From assembly GCA_050250665.1 (NCBI GenBank), contig JBFWOF010000017.1, positions 40,076 through 104,075 of the forward strand: a DNA stretch of 64,000 nt, given 5' to 3'. The position numbers were made by a program, and so were the translations under genes. Shown here one piece after another: positions 37,574 through 47,865 of this stretch (position 1 is the stretch's first letter; every line of letters begins with the position of its first letter). The notes under the pieces were generated by a model that was not told where the DNA came from, ran no database searches, and worked only from the letters and a program-made list of their open reading frames with translations. The DNA is from Lysobacterales bacterium. GTDB lineage: Bacteria > Pseudomonadota > Gammaproteobacteria > Xanthomonadales > SZUA-5.

Positions 37574-38971
37574 ATGGTCCGTACCCGCTTTGCTCCGAGT
37601 CCCACCGGCTTTCTGCATGTGGGCGGCGCCCGCACGGCGCTGTTCAGCTATCTGGAAGCGCGTCGTCATGGCGGCCAGTTCGTGCTGCGGGTGGAGGACA
37701 CCGATCGCGAGCGCTCCACCGAGGCGGCCATCGCCGGGATCATCGACGGCATGCGCTGGCTGGATCTGGAGCACGACGAAGGCCCCTTCTTCCAGACCCA
37801 GCGTTTCGACCGTTACCGGCAGGTGGCGCATGAACTGCTGGCGGCCGGCAAGGCCTACCAGTGCTGGTGCACCAAGGAGGAGTTGGAAGCGATGCGCGCC
37901 GATCAGGAAGCGCGAGGCCTGAAGCCGCGCTACAACGGCTACTGGCGCGATCGGGTCGAGACTCCGCCAGCCGGCGTCACCCCGGTGATCCGCTTCAAGA
38001 ATCCGCTGCACGGCGAGGTCGTGGTCGATGACCGCGTGCGCGGCCGGGTGATCTTCGACAATGCCGAACTCGACGATCTGATCATCTGGCGCTCGGATGA
38101 TTCGCCGACCTACAACTTCTGCGTGGTGGTCGACGATGCCGACATGCGCATCACCGACGTCATCCGCGGCGATGATCATCTGAACAACACCCCGCGCCAG
38201 ATCAATATCTACGAAGCCCTGGGGCAGGCGGTTCCGCGCTTTGCCCATCTGCCAATGATCCTGGGGCCGGACGGCGCCAAGCTCAGCAAGCGCCACGGCG
38301 CGGTCAATGTGCTCGGCTATCGCGAAGACGGCTATCTGCCCAATGCCTTGCTCAATTATCTGGTGCGTCTAGGCTGGTCCTACGGCGATCAGGAGATCTT
38401 CTCGCGCGCCGAGATGATTGCCCTGTTCTCCGCCGATGACGTCAATCACTCGGCCAGCCGTTTCGATGTCGAGAAGCTGCGCTGGCTCAATCAGCATTAT
38501 CTGAAGACCATGGACCCGGCCGAGATTGCCCCCGAACTGCGCTGGCATCTGCAGCAGCAGGGCATGGATCCGGACAGCGGCCCTGCACCTGAGGATCTGA
38601 TCGTGGGTCTGCGCGAGCGCGTGCACACGCTCAAGGAGATGGCCGAACGCGCCCGGGTCTGGATCGATCCGCTGACGCAGTACGACGATGCCGCCGTGGC
38701 CAAACATCTCACGGCAGCAGCGCGCGCGCCCCTGCAGGCCGCGCATGAGGCGCTGGCGGCCGCCACCGAGTGGAGCGCCGTTTCCGTGCACGAGGCCCTC
38801 GCCGCAGCTGCGACCAACCTGGGCCTGGGCCTGGGCAAGGTTGCCCAGCCCTTGCGCGTGGCCATCACCGGCACCCAGGTCAGTCCGTCGATCGATCACA
38901 CGGTTTACCTGGCCGGCAAGAACGAGGCGCTCAAGCGCATCGATGCGGCGTTGGCGAAGCTGCCGGCGTGA
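37574..38971 (+). CDS. gltX: Glutamate--tRNA ligase
   Basis: N-terminus [24 protein letters not shown] (HIGH motif) and KLSKRHG (KMSKS motif). 465 aa after trimming. Confidence 0.95.
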   Translation: MVRTRFAPSPTGFLHVGGARTALFSYLEARRHGGQFVLRVEDTDRERSTEAAIAGIIDGMRWLDLEHDEGPFFQTQRFDRYRQVAHELLAAGKAYQCWCTKEELEAMRADQEARGLKPRYNGYWRDRVETPPAGVTPVIRFKNPLHGEVVVDDRVRGRVIFDNAELDDLIIWRSDDSPTYNFCVVVDDADMRITDVIRGDDHLNNTPRQINIYEALGQAVPRFAHLPMILGPDGAKLSKRHGAVNVLGYREDGYLPNALLNYLVRLGWSYGDQEIFSRAEMIALFSADDVNHSASRFDVEKLRWLNQHYLKTMDPAEIAPELRWHLQQQGMDPDSGPAPEDLIVGLRERVHTLKEMAERARVWIDPLTQYDDAAVAKHLTAAARAPLQAAHEALAAATEWSAVSVHEALAAAATNLGLGLGKVAQPLRVAITGTQVSPSIDHTVYLAGKNEALKRIDAALAKLPA

Positions 38972-39005
38972 TGGTTGGGACCCACCGGATGCTGGTCGCG
39001 AGTCT

Positions 39006-39078
39006 GATCGCGGACAGAGTCCGCTCCCGCAGGAGCGGCGGCAAGGCTTTCTGTGGGAGTGGACTCCGTCCGCGTAGG
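39006..39078. repeat. REPIN-like doublet, family C (GATCGCGGACAGAGTCCGCTCCCGCAGG ... CTGTGGGAGTGGACTCCGTCCGCGTAGG)
   Basis: Two inverted copies of the same hairpin motif that builds the 139-bp array at 49137-49838. Confidence 0.85.
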
Positions 39079-39086
39079 CTGCACCC

Positions 39087-39524
39087 ATGAACCGCCGCCG
39101 CGGCACCGCCATCGAGAGCGCCCACGACAGCGATCGCGCTGCTCTGGGCAGCAACCGCGTGTTCGGCTGGCTGATGGCCGCAGTGGCCGCGCTGGTCACG
39201 CTGTGGGCCTGGCACCACCAGCATCCGACGCTGCCCTGGGCCCTCGGCGCCAGTCTGATTCTTGCGCTGTTGGCAACAGTCGCACCGCAGTTGCTACAGC
39301 CGCTCAACCGCGCCTGGATGGCGCTGGGCCACCTGCTCGGGCGCATCGTCAGCCCGATCATCATGGCCCTGATCTATTTTGGCGTGGTCACGCCGATTGC
39401 CCTGATCGCCCGCGCCCGCGGCGTCGACCCGATGCGGCGGCGCTTCGATCCATCAGCGCAGAGCTACTGGATAGCGCGCGAACCACCGGGTCCGGATCCG
39501 AAGACGATGGAGCGGCAGTACTGA
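39087..39524 (+). CDS. Small integral membrane protein (possibly SxtJ family)
   Basis: 145 aa with two or three hydrophobic segments. LNRAWMALGHLLGRIVSPIIMALIYFGVVTPIALI resembles what I recall of SxtJ-family proteins. The family assignment is tentative. Confidence 0.5.
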   Translation: MNRRRGTAIESAHDSDRAALGSNRVFGWLMAAVAALVTLWAWHHQHPTLPWALGASLILALLATVAPQLLQPLNRAWMALGHLLGRIVSPIIMALIYFGVVTPIALIARARGVDPMRRRFDPSAQSYWIAREPPGPDPKTMERQY

Positions 39525-39756
39525 AGAGGGGAAAAGGGAAGAAGGAAAAAGGAAAAAGGGGAAAGCAGGGTTTCGGACGCTCAAGCCTTGGTGGTGCCTT
39601 CCGATCTACGCCACTCGCGAAGTAGCTGCGTTGATCGCCTACCTCAGAAGGTCAGGCCTACTCGCCGTGACCTGAGGAAGAAGACCGATCATGGCGGCAG
39701 CCACCAGCCGCCCCAGGTCGCGCTCTTCCCTTTTCCCTTTTCCTTTTTCCCGCTTC
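39523..39756. repeat. MITE-like element with homopurine/homopyrimidine terminal inverted repeats
   Basis: Left arm gaagaggggaaaagggaagaaggaaaaaggaaaaaggggaaag and right arm ctcttcccttttcccttttcctttttcccgcttctc. It fills the whole convergent gap between the membrane-protein stop and the rbsK stop. Confidence 0.7.
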
Positions 39757-40731
39757 TCATCTTCCAAACCGCGCCCGCACCTGAGCCAGGGTCGGCATCG
39801 CCGGGGCTGTGCCCACACTCTCGGTGCTCATGGCCGCCACTCGGTTGGCGTGAATCACGGCGTCACGAAACGGCGCACCGGCCTCGGCGAAAGCCAGCGC
39901 CGCTGCCAACGCCCCGGAAAAGGCATCGCCGGCACCGGTGGAGTCGATGGCGCGCACGCTTTCGGGTGGCAGACGGTAATAGGGTCGATCATCGCCGCGA
40001 TGCTCGCGGCCGTGGGACACGAAACAGCCATGCTCTCCCAGCGTGATGACGACGGTAGGCACGCCGGTGGTGCGGCACAGCGCGTGCAGATCCAGATCGT
40101 CGATATCCCAGGGCCGGGACACGTCGTCGGGCACGCCGAGCCTGGCCAGCAGCAAGGCAAACTCGGTTTCATTGGGCGTGATCAGATCGGCCAGCGCCAG
40201 CAGTTCCGGAGTGATCTCCGGATGCATGGGCGCCGGATTCAGAAAAGCCAGCGCACCGATCTCGCGCGCCCGGGCCAAAGCCGCAGCAACGCTGGCGAGG
40301 CTGGTTTCCAGCTGGGTCAGAACCACACGTGCGCCGCGCTCGACCTGCTGCGCCACCGCCGGGTCCAGTTCCAGATTCGCGGCCAGATCGACCACGATCA
40401 GATTGCGGCCCGCGCCATCGACAACAATGCTGGAGGTCGCCGTGGGCCGTGATTCCACCTGCTGCCAGAGGCAGTCCAGCCCTTCGCTGTCGGCGAATCG
40501 CCGCGCCGTGTCACCCAGCGGATCGGCGCCGACCGCCCCGATGAAGCGCGTTGCCACGCCTTGACGATGGCTCGCCACCGCCTGATTGAAACCCTTGCCG
40601 CCGGGACCGGTGGAAAAACGGCCGACCCGGGTTTCACCGACCGCCGGAAAACGATCGGTCGTCCAGCAATGATCCTGGACGTAGCTGCCGAGGATGGTGA
40701 CAGCGGGTTTCGATGATCGTGAGTTCTGCAT
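39757..40731 (-). CDS. rbsK: Ribokinase-family (PfkB) sugar/nucleoside kinase
   Basis: GPGGKGFNQA and DSTGAGDAF motifs. Downstream of a nucleoside transporter. Start set at the ATG at 40731, because the TTG at 40767 lies inside a repeat arm. Confidence 0.8.
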   Translation of the reverse strand: MQNSRSSKPAVTILGSYVQDHCWTTDRFPAVGETRVGRFSTGPGGKGFNQAVASHRQGVATRFIGAVGADPLGDTARRFADSEGLDCLWQQVESRPTATSSIVVDGAGRNLIVVDLAANLELDPAVAQQVERGARVVLTQLETSLASVAAALARAREIGALAFLNPAPMHPEITPELLALADLITPNETEFALLLARLGVPDDVSRPWDIDDLDLHALCRTTGVPTVVITLGEHGCFVSHGREHRGDDRPYYRLPPESVRAIDSTGAGDAFSGALAAALAFAEAGAPFRDAVIHANRVAAMSTESVGTAPAMPTLAQVRARFGR

Positions 40732-40761
40732 GGTCAACAGTCCGTTCGCCTTGGAGCTGCG

Positions 40762-40880
40762 AGTCAAAAGTCAAACGTAAAACGTCAACTGGACGCGGGA
40801 CCCTGCTGTCGCTGGCCCGGATCTGCTATGGCCGGGCAACCGAGAAGTGACCATTGACGTTTCACTTTTTACGTTTCACT
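40762..40880. repeat. Family D AT-rich inverted repeat (AGTCAAACGTAAAACGTCAA ... TTGACGTTTCACTTTTTACGTTTCACT)
   Basis: Inverted arms about 65 bp apart between nupC and rbsK. Same family as 58921-59001. Confidence 0.8.
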
Positions 40881-40889
40881 GCTGTTGCC

Positions 40890-42179
40890 TCAGCCAAACC
40901 TCGTCAACACGCCGGCAATGGTCGCCGTCATGAAGGTGGCCAGCGAACCACCGAGCACGGCGCGCATGCCGAAGCGGGCGAGATCGCTGCGACGTTCGGG
41001 GGCGAGGCCGCCGATGCCGCCGATCTGGATGGCGATCGAAGAGAAGTTGGCGAAGCCACAGAGCGCATAGGTGGCGATCAGCTTGCCCTGATCGGTCAAC
41101 ATGACGCCATCCACCCCGTTCTTGATGATGTCGGCCAGTTGCAGATAGGCCACGAATTCATTGATGACGATCTTCTGTCCGATCAGACTGCCGACCACAG
41201 TGGCATCCTGCCAGGGCACCCCGATGATCCAGGCCAGCGGTGCCAGCAGATAGCCCAGGATCAAGGCCATGTCGGTGGGCTTGCCGATCGCTTCCTGCAG
41301 GCCGGTGACTTCGCCGATCCAGGTCAGCGGCCAGTTCAGCAGCGCGATCAGCGCGATGAAGGCCAGCAACATGGCACCGATATTCAGCGCCAGACGCAGG
41401 CCGTCGGCGGCGCCACCGGCGGCGGCGTCGATGACGTTGCTGGCGGTCTGCTCGACTTCCATCTTGACCGTGCCGCCGGTCAGCGGCTGGCCGGTTTCGG
41501 GGATCAGGATCTTGGCGATGACCAGCGTCGCTGGCGCCGCCATGATCGAGGCCGCCAGCAGATGCTTGGCGTAGAAGGCGCTCTGTACCGGATCGCCGCC
41601 ACCGAGCATGCCCACATAGGCCGCCAGTACGCCGCCGGCGATGTGGGCCATGCCGCCGATCATCATGGTCAGCAGTTCCGACTCGGTCATCCTGGCGATG
41701 TAGGGCCGCACCGTCAGCGGGGCCTCGGTCTGACCGATGAACACGCTGGCGCAGACCGAGGTGGTCTCGGCGCCGGACACCTTCATGACCTTGGTGATGG
41801 CCATGGCCATGACCCGAACGATGGCCTGCATCACGCCGAGGTAGTACAGCACGCCCATCAGCGAGGCAAAGAAGATGATCGTGGGCAGCACCTGGAAGGC
41901 GAAGATAAAGCCGTAGGTCGAGGTGTCCATGAGGCTGCCGAAGATGAAATTCGAACCTTCATTGACGAAACTCAGAATCTTGACGAAGCCCTGGCCGAGC
42001 TTGTCGAACACATCCTTGCCGCCGGGCACCAGCAGCACCAGCGCCGCGAATCCGATCTGCAGGCCGATACCGGTGAGCACCAGTTTCCAGTTCACTGCGC
42101 TGCGATTGTTGGAAAACGCCCAGGCGATCCCGATCAGGACCGCCAATCCCAACAACCCGAATGCCATCTGACCCAGCAT
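40890..42179 (-). CDS. nupC: NupC-family concentrative nucleoside transporter
   Basis: 429-aa polytopic membrane protein. N-terminus with AFSNNRSAVNWKLVLTGIGLQIGFA and a GFANFSSIAIQIGG motif, typical of CNT/NupC. Confidence 0.85.
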   Translation of the reverse strand: MLGQMAFGLLGLAVLIGIAWAFSNNRSAVNWKLVLTGIGLQIGFAALVLLVPGGKDVFDKLGQGFVKILSFVNEGSNFIFGSLMDTSTYGFIFAFQVLPTIIFFASLMGVLYYLGVMQAIVRVMAMAITKVMKVSGAETTSVCASVFIGQTEAPLTVRPYIARMTESELLTMMIGGMAHIAGGVLAAYVGMLGGGDPVQSAFYAKHLLAASIMAAPATLVIAKILIPETGQPLTGGTVKMEVEQTASNVIDAAAGGAADGLRLALNIGAMLLAFIALIALLNWPLTWIGEVTGLQEAIGKPTDMALILGYLLAPLAWIIGVPWQDATVVGSLIGQKIVINEFVAYLQLADIIKNGVDGVMLTDQGKLIATYALCGFANFSSIAIQIGGIGGLAPERRSDLARFGMRAVLGGSLATFMTATIAGVLTRFG

Positions 42180-42393
42180 GCTGCTCTCCCCAGTTCCGGT
42201 GCGTGGCCGCGCCCCGGTGCGGCCAATCGGGCGAGACTAGGCGAGGCGTTGACGCCGCGCAAACATCTTGAACCGCGCTGACCGGCCGTCGGCGTCACAA
42301 GAGATCACGTGAACATGTCTGCGTTTCGTGCACAGACCGGTCTGAGGCTCTAAGATCATCGCCATACATACATGACGTCGGGTTCGCATAGCC

Positions 42394-43827
42394 GTGTCAG
42401 GGGCAACACCGCCAGCCAGCCTTTCGCGCCGACGTCTGACCATCGGCCGCAGACTGTTTTACACGCACTTGCTGGTGGCCTTGCTGGTGGCCTTGAGTCT
42501 GGGCGTGTATCTGCATTGGGTCGCCGAAGCCGAGTTGCGCAATGCGCTGAATACGCGCCTGAGCGAGAACGCGACCCTGGCTGCAGAAGCCATGAAGCTC
42601 AGCGACTGGAGCTATCTACGCTCGCCCGCAGACACTTCCCGTCCCGAATACGCTGAACTGATGCAGCGTTTTCGCAGCATCACCGAACGCAACCGGGTGA
42701 TCACGCGCCTGACGCTGCTGCGGCGCGACGGCCAGCGACTGATGGTGGTGGCCGATTCGCTCGGCGCCGTGAATGGCTATTCACCCGGAGATTCCCTGCC
42801 CGGCGCGCTACGCCAGACTGACGCTGCCGGCGGCAGCGCAGGTGCTCGGGTCATCCAGGGCAGCGACTTCAATGCTGTCGCCGAGGTCAAGAACAGCGAC
42901 GGCAATTATCTTCTGGCGCTCAATATCGCTGCCGAGGACATCGCCGACAAGCTGGCCACCCTGCGCACCAACGCGGCGGTGTCCTTTGTCATCGCCGTTG
43001 CCCTGGCTTTGGCGATGAGCCTGTGGCTGGCCCGGTCTGCGCGGGCGGTGCTGCGTCGATTTGCCGGGCGTTTCAGGGAAATTGCCGAGGGCAAGCTGGA
43101 CAAGAAGCTGGCTTGGACCGGCGACGATGAATTTGCCGATCTGGCCACCGCGCTGAATGACATGTCGGAGCGGCTGGAGCTGTCGCAATCGCAGCGCGAG
43201 GGCGCTGTCACCGAGCTCAAGGCGGCGCGCGACCGGCTCGAGGAAATGGTGCGCGAACGCAGTGCCGAACTGGAAAAACTCAACACCATGCTGCGCTCGG
43301 AGATCGAGGCCCGATGTCAGCTCGAGGCCGCGCTCGCCGAAGCCGCGGCCACCGACACGATGTCGCAACTGCTGAACCGGCGCGGCATGCTGGAGGCGCT
43401 GGAACAGGCCTCGGAGCAGGCCCGACGTCAGAAGAACTCGTTCATTGTGGTCATCGGCGACGTCGATCACTTCAAGCGCATCAACGACCAGAACGGCCAT
43501 ACCGTGGGCGATCAGGTGCTGGTGGGACTGGGGCGGCGGCTGAAGAGCAGCTTGCAGTCGCATGACGCGGCGGGGCGCTGGGGCGGCGAGGAGTTCCTGA
43601 TGCTGTGGCCCAATATGACCATCACCGAGGCCGAGGCGCGTGCCAATGCCTTGCGCGAGAGCATCGCCAGCAAAGCGCTCTATCCCGGCGCTCCGCCCAT
43701 CACCATGAGTTTCGGCGTCGCCGAATTCACCGGGCTCGACACGCTGGACCGCTGCATCAACCGTGCCGACAGGGCGCTGTATCGGGCCAAGCTCGAGGGC
43801 AGAAACCGCGTGTGCGTTGGTGTCTGA
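42394..43827 (+). CDS. Membrane-bound sensor diguanylate cyclase (periplasmic domain, HAMP, coiled coil, GGDEF)
   Basis: C-terminal GGDEF domain with RWGGEEFLMLWP. No RxxD I-site at the usual position (QSHD). Confidence 0.85.
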   Translation: MSGATPPASLSRRRLTIGRRLFYTHLLVALLVALSLGVYLHWVAEAELRNALNTRLSENATLAAEAMKLSDWSYLRSPADTSRPEYAELMQRFRSITERNRVITRLTLLRRDGQRLMVVADSLGAVNGYSPGDSLPGALRQTDAAGGSAGARVIQGSDFNAVAEVKNSDGNYLLALNIAAEDIADKLATLRTNAAVSFVIAVALALAMSLWLARSARAVLRRFAGRFREIAEGKLDKKLAWTGDDEFADLATALNDMSERLELSQSQREGAVTELKAARDRLEEMVRERSAELEKLNTMLRSEIEARCQLEAALAEAAATDTMSQLLNRRGMLEALEQASEQARRQKNSFIVVIGDVDHFKRINDQNGHTVGDQVLVGLGRRLKSSLQSHDAAGRWGGEEFLMLWPNMTITEAEARANALRESIASKALYPGAPPITMSFGVAEFTGLDTLDRCINRADRALYRAKLEGRNRVCVGV

Positions 43828-43869
43828 GACCGGCCAGCGCCGAAGACGGTGCTACCGGCAGGACCAAAC

Positions 43870-43943
43870 TGGAGCGGGTGATGGGAATCGAACCCACGTT
43901 AGCAGCTTGGGAAGCTGCAGTTCTACCATTGAACTACACCCGC
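43870..43943 (-). tRNA. tRNA-Gly (anticodon CCC), CCA encoded
   Basis: Reverse complement GCGGGTGTAGTTCAATGGTAGAACTGCAGCTTCCCAAGCTGCTAACGTGGGTTCGATTCCCATCACCCGCTCCA folds by hand into a cloverleaf: 7-bp acceptor, GTTC/GAAC D stem, GCAGC/GCTGC anticodon stem, loop TTCCCAA. Confidence 0.95.
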
Positions 43944-44010
43944 TTGCCGCTCTCATTCTACGGATCGGCGCGCATATCGCCAGTAGCTGACGCACAGGTA
44001 GCATGCTGCG

Positions 44011-47000
44011 ATGGATAATTCTCTACAGCCCGGACAATCGCGTTTCAGCCAATGGTTGCGGCGCATCGGACTGGCCCGGTGGTCACCCTGGCCCCTGGTG
44101 GCCATCGGCCTGGCCATCATCGGCACCGGGCTCGGTCTGGATCTGCGCCGCCAGTACCACGAGGCGCAGTCTCTGGCACGCGACCGGATCAGCACCTCGG
44201 CAACGCTGGCGGCACAGAGCGTCGGCCAACGGCTGGCGGCAGCCTCGCTGCTGCTGAACCGGCTGGATTCATCTCTGACCGCCAATCCGCTGGATGCCGC
44301 CGCCATCGTCTCGGTGATCTCGGGCATGGAGTCGGATCTGATCGCGGTGCTGCTGATCGATACCGAGGGCCGCGTCGCTGCCAGCAGTCGCCCCGAGCAG
44401 GTCGGTGCGGATTTGAGTGCGCAGGAATTCCTGTGGTCGGCGCGGGCTGATGCTGATGTCGATGCGCGTCTGTATCTGACGCTGCCGCCGGCGGAGTTGG
44501 CCTCCAGTGGTCGCCTGGTGGCTCGCGCGCGCCGATCCTTGAATGGCAGCTTCAGCGGAGTCGTTGCCCTGATTCTGGCGCCGTCCTATTTCGATACGGC
44601 ACTGAAGCCCCTGGTCCAGGACGGTATCTCGCTGAGTCTGCTTGATGCCGACGGCCAGCGGGTCGCCAGCTATGCGGCAGGCACAGCCGAGCCTGCCGCC
44701 GCCGATGCCTACAGCGCCAGCGTGGCAGTCGAACCGGCCCTGATCTCGCTCGATCGGCCATGGTCGCTGGAGATGTCGCGAGATCGGGAATCCGTGTTCT
44801 CCGACTGGAGTCGACAGGCCCGATTCGGCTTGCTGCTGTGGCTGCTGGTAGCCCTGGTTGCCGGCCTGGCCGGCCTCATCGCCACGCTGCGGCGGCGCGA
44901 GATGAAACGCCTGCGCGGATTGCACCGTCGGCTGCTGCAGGGCGTGGATGAGGGTCTGGCAGGCATCGACGGGCAGGCCCGCATCCGCTTCGCCAACAGC
45001 GCCTTCGCCCGCCATCTGGAACAGAGTCCCGGAGCGCTGCTGGGCGCCGATCTGCGCACGCTGCTGCGCTGGCCTGAGCCGGGCATGGATCCGGTGAGCG
45101 CGGTCATTGCCGGCGAACTGCCGCGCTACGAGGGCAACTGCCAGCTAGGGTCAAACGCGGCCAGCCTGCGGGCGACGATCACCCCCACCCGCGAGGACGG
45201 CGCCGTCTCCGGCGCCCTGCTGGCTTTTGCTGACCCGGTCACCAACAACGGCAGCAGCAATGCCCGTAGCCCGGCCGATCGCCTTTATCGCACGCTGTTC
45301 GACCTGTCGCCCGACGCCGTGCTGATCGTCGATCTGGACAGCGAGAAGCCGCTGGCCTTCAATCCGGCGGCGGCGCAGATGCTGGGGTACAGCCAGGAGC
45401 AGTTCGGCGCCCTCAGAGTACGCGACCACGAAGCCCATGCCGCCCCGATCGACTCGATCCGGCATATCGCACGGGTGCTGGCGGAGGGTCGAGTGGAGTT
45501 CGAGACCCGCTACCGCACCAGCGATGGCGCCATCAAGGAAGTGCAGGTCCGCGCCCAGACCATCGAATTTGCCGGACGCCCGGCGCTGTACTGGATCGTG
45601 CGCGATATCCACGAGGCCAAGCGCATCGCCCTGGAACTGCAGCAGAGTGCCGCCCTGATGCGCGCGCTGGTCGACCATCTGCCGCTGCCCTTCCTGGTTT
45701 TCGAAGGCGATGTACTGAGCTTCTCCAACGCCCGCTACGACAGCGATTTCTCACCCCCCGCGTCCGGCATTTCGCTGGAAGACTGGCTGACCAGACACTG
45801 CACGGATGCCGCCGCCTGCGACAACTTCCGCAACCTCTGGCAGCGCCTTGACACCGATGCCAGCGCGCCCTTGCAACTGGAGCTCAGCCTGCTGGCGGCA
45901 AACCAGCAAGTCCGGGTGTTCGATCTGCACGGCGCCCGAGTCGGCACGCGCAGCCTGCTGTTGCTGGTGGATCTGACCGAGCGCCGTCTGGCCGAAGTGC
46001 GCCTCGGTGAAGCGCGCGAACTGGCGGAACGTGCCAATCGTGCGCGCAGTGAATTCCTGGCCAACATGAGCCACGAAATCCGCACGCCGATGACGGCGAT
46101 CCTGGGCCTGACCTATCTGCTGCAGAAGTCCGAGATCAGCGCCGTCCAACGCGACCAGACCCAGAAGATCGATGCCGCGGCACGAGCCCTGCTGGCCATC
46201 CTCGACGATCTGCTCGACTACTCCAAGCTCGAGACCGGCCGTATCGCCATCGAGCAGCGACCGTTCCGGCTGAGCGAACTGACCGCGGAAATCACCGCGT
46301 TGTTCGCGCCCGGCGCGCGCAGCAAGTCACTGGCGCTGAAGACCTTCGTCGATCCGGCGATTCCGGCCGTCCTGATCGGCGATCCACTGCGACTGCGCCA
46401 GGTGCTGATGAATTTGGTCGGCAATGCCCTGAAGTTCACCGAGCAGGGCGAGATCGAAGTGCGCATGAGCCTGCTCGACAGCGCCGGCGATCGCATCAGC
46501 ATGGAATTGTGCGTGCGCGATACCGGCATCGGCATCGAGGATGCCCAACTGGAGAGGATCTTCGAGCCCTTTTATCAGGCCGAGACCTCGTCGACGCGCC
46601 GTTTTGGCGGCACCGGCCTTGGGCTGCCCATTACCCAATGGCTGATCACCCTGATGGGCGGCAGTCTGAGTGTGGACAGCCGCCCGGGTGCGGGCAGCGA
46701 ATTCCGGGTGCAGCTGGCCTTCGGGCGATCGGACGATGCCCATCCTGCCGCGCTGGCCGACAACGGCGTCAGCACTGCCCTGCCGTCGGCGCGGCGTCCA
46801 CTGGAAGGCATGTCGGTGCTGCTGGTCGAAGACCATCCGATCAATCGCCACGTCGCCCGCGAAATCCTGATCGGCGAAGGCGCGGCTGTCGCCGTGGCGG
46901 GCGACGGCCAGGAGGCGATCACCCAGTTGCGGGAGCGCCCCGGCGCCTTCCACGCGGTGTTGATGGATATCCAGATGCCGCAGATGGATGGCTTCGAGGC

Positions 47001-47865
47001 CACTGCGATCATCCGTGGCAGCCTGGGCTTGACCGAGCTGCCGATCATCGCCGTGACGGCCAACTCCAGCGCCGAAGATCGCGCCCAGAGTCGCGCCGCG
47101 GGCATGAACGCGCATCTGGCCAAACCTATTGATGTGCAGTCGCTGGTGGCGACGCTGTTGGCGCTGGCCCGGCCCGGGTCCATCCAGGAACTGATGTCGG
47201 GCAGCACCAGCGCGAGCCCCGGCCTGCCCGACGACGAATTGCCGGTGCTGGCGCTGGAGCCGGCGCTGGCGCGCCTGGCCGGACACCGGACCTTGTATGC
47301 GCAAATGGCCCGTCTGTTTGCGCAGGAACAGGGAGAATCGGTGAGTCGATTGCGCACAGCGCTGTCGCAGGGTGACCGGATCGAAGCCGCACGCGCCGCG
47401 CACACGCTCAAGGGCGTGGCCGCTACTCTGGGTGCCGAGGCGCTCTCGGCGCTGTCTTCGCAGCTGGAACGAGCGCTGAAGCGCGGGACCGATCCTGAAG
47501 AACTGCAGCGGCTGAGCGATCGTCTGGCCGATGCGCTGGCTCAGGCCATCGTCGCGCTGGAACGGGCCGCCGAAGAACTGGCGCCAGCCGCCGATCACGC
47601 CGTCGCCACGGAAGATTTCGAGAGCAGCGCTTTCGTGCAGTGCCTGGACCGGCTGGTAGTCGCGCTGGTCGACAGCAATATGGCGGCGCTGGACCATTTC
47701 TCCGAACTGCGCGAATTGGCCACCGCAGATCTGCTGCCGGCGCTGCGGAATGTCGAAGATGCGCTGGGCCGGCTAGACTTCTCCACGGCATTGGATGCCT
47801 GCCGCCGCGTGGAAGCCGCACTTGAAGCCATGACTGAAGACCACACAGGGGAAAGCCGTGAGTGA
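44011..47865 (+). CDS. Hybrid sensor histidine kinase (periplasmic sensor, PAS domains, HisKA-HATPase, REC, Hpt)
   Basis: H-box FLANMSHEIRTPMTAILG. HATPase (VRDTGIGI, GGTGLGLPI). REC (VLLVEDHPINR...VLMDIQMPQMDGFE). C-terminal Hpt (AAHTLKGVAATLGA). Confidence 0.9.
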   Translation: MDNSLQPGQSRFSQWLRRIGLARWSPWPLVAIGLAIIGTGLGLDLRRQYHEAQSLARDRISTSATLAAQSVGQRLAAASLLLNRLDSSLTANPLDAAAIVSVISGMESDLIAVLLIDTEGRVAASSRPEQVGADLSAQEFLWSARADADVDARLYLTLPPAELASSGRLVARARRSLNGSFSGVVALILAPSYFDTALKPLVQDGISLSLLDADGQRVASYAAGTAEPAAADAYSASVAVEPALISLDRPWSLEMSRDRESVFSDWSRQARFGLLLWLLVALVAGLAGLIATLRRREMKRLRGLHRRLLQGVDEGLAGIDGQARIRFANSAFARHLEQSPGALLGADLRTLLRWPEPGMDPVSAVIAGELPRYEGNCQLGSNAASLRATITPTREDGAVSGALLAFADPVTNNGSSNARSPADRLYRTLFDLSPDAVLIVDLDSEKPLAFNPAAAQMLGYSQEQFGALRVRDHEAHAAPIDSIRHIARVLAEGRVEFETRYRTSDGAIKEVQVRAQTIEFAGRPALYWIVRDIHEAKRIALELQQSAALMRALVDHLPLPFLVFEGDVLSFSNARYDSDFSPPASGISLEDWLTRHCTDAAACDNFRNLWQRLDTDASAPLQLELSLLAANQQVRVFDLHGARVGTRSLLLLVDLTERRLAEVRLGEARELAERANRARSEFLANMSHEIRTPMTAILGLTYLLQKSEISAVQRDQTQKIDAAARALLAILDDLLDYSKLETGRIAIEQRPFRLSELTAEITALFAPGARSKSLALKTFVDPAIPAVLIGDPLRLRQVLMNLVGNALKFTEQGEIEVRMSLLDSAGDRISMELCVRDTGIGIEDAQLERIFEPFYQAETSSTRRFGGTGLGLPITQWLITLMGGSLSVDSRPGAGSEFRVQLAFGRSDDAHPAALADNGVSTALPSARRPLEGMSVLLVEDHPINRHVAREILIGEGAAVAVAGDGQEAITQLRERPGAFHAVLMDIQMPQMDGFEATAIIRGSLGLTELPIIAVTANSSAEDRAQSRAAGMNAHLAKPIDVQSLVATLLALARPGSIQELMSGSTSASPGLPDDELPVLALEPALARLAGHRTLYAQMARLFAQEQGESVSRLRTALSQGDRIEAARAAHTLKGVAATLGAEALSALSSQLERALKRGTDPEELQRLSDRLADALAQAIVALERAAEELAPAADHAVATEDFESSAFVQCLDRLVVALVDSNMAALDHFSELRELATADLLPALRNVEDALGRLDFSTALDACRRVEAALEAMTEDHTGESRE

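Noticed and set aside
43828-44010. tRNA-Gly as an integration hotspot (genomic island or prophage border)
   Set aside because: There is no integrase, no direct repeat of the tRNA 3' end, and no compositional shift on either side within the window.
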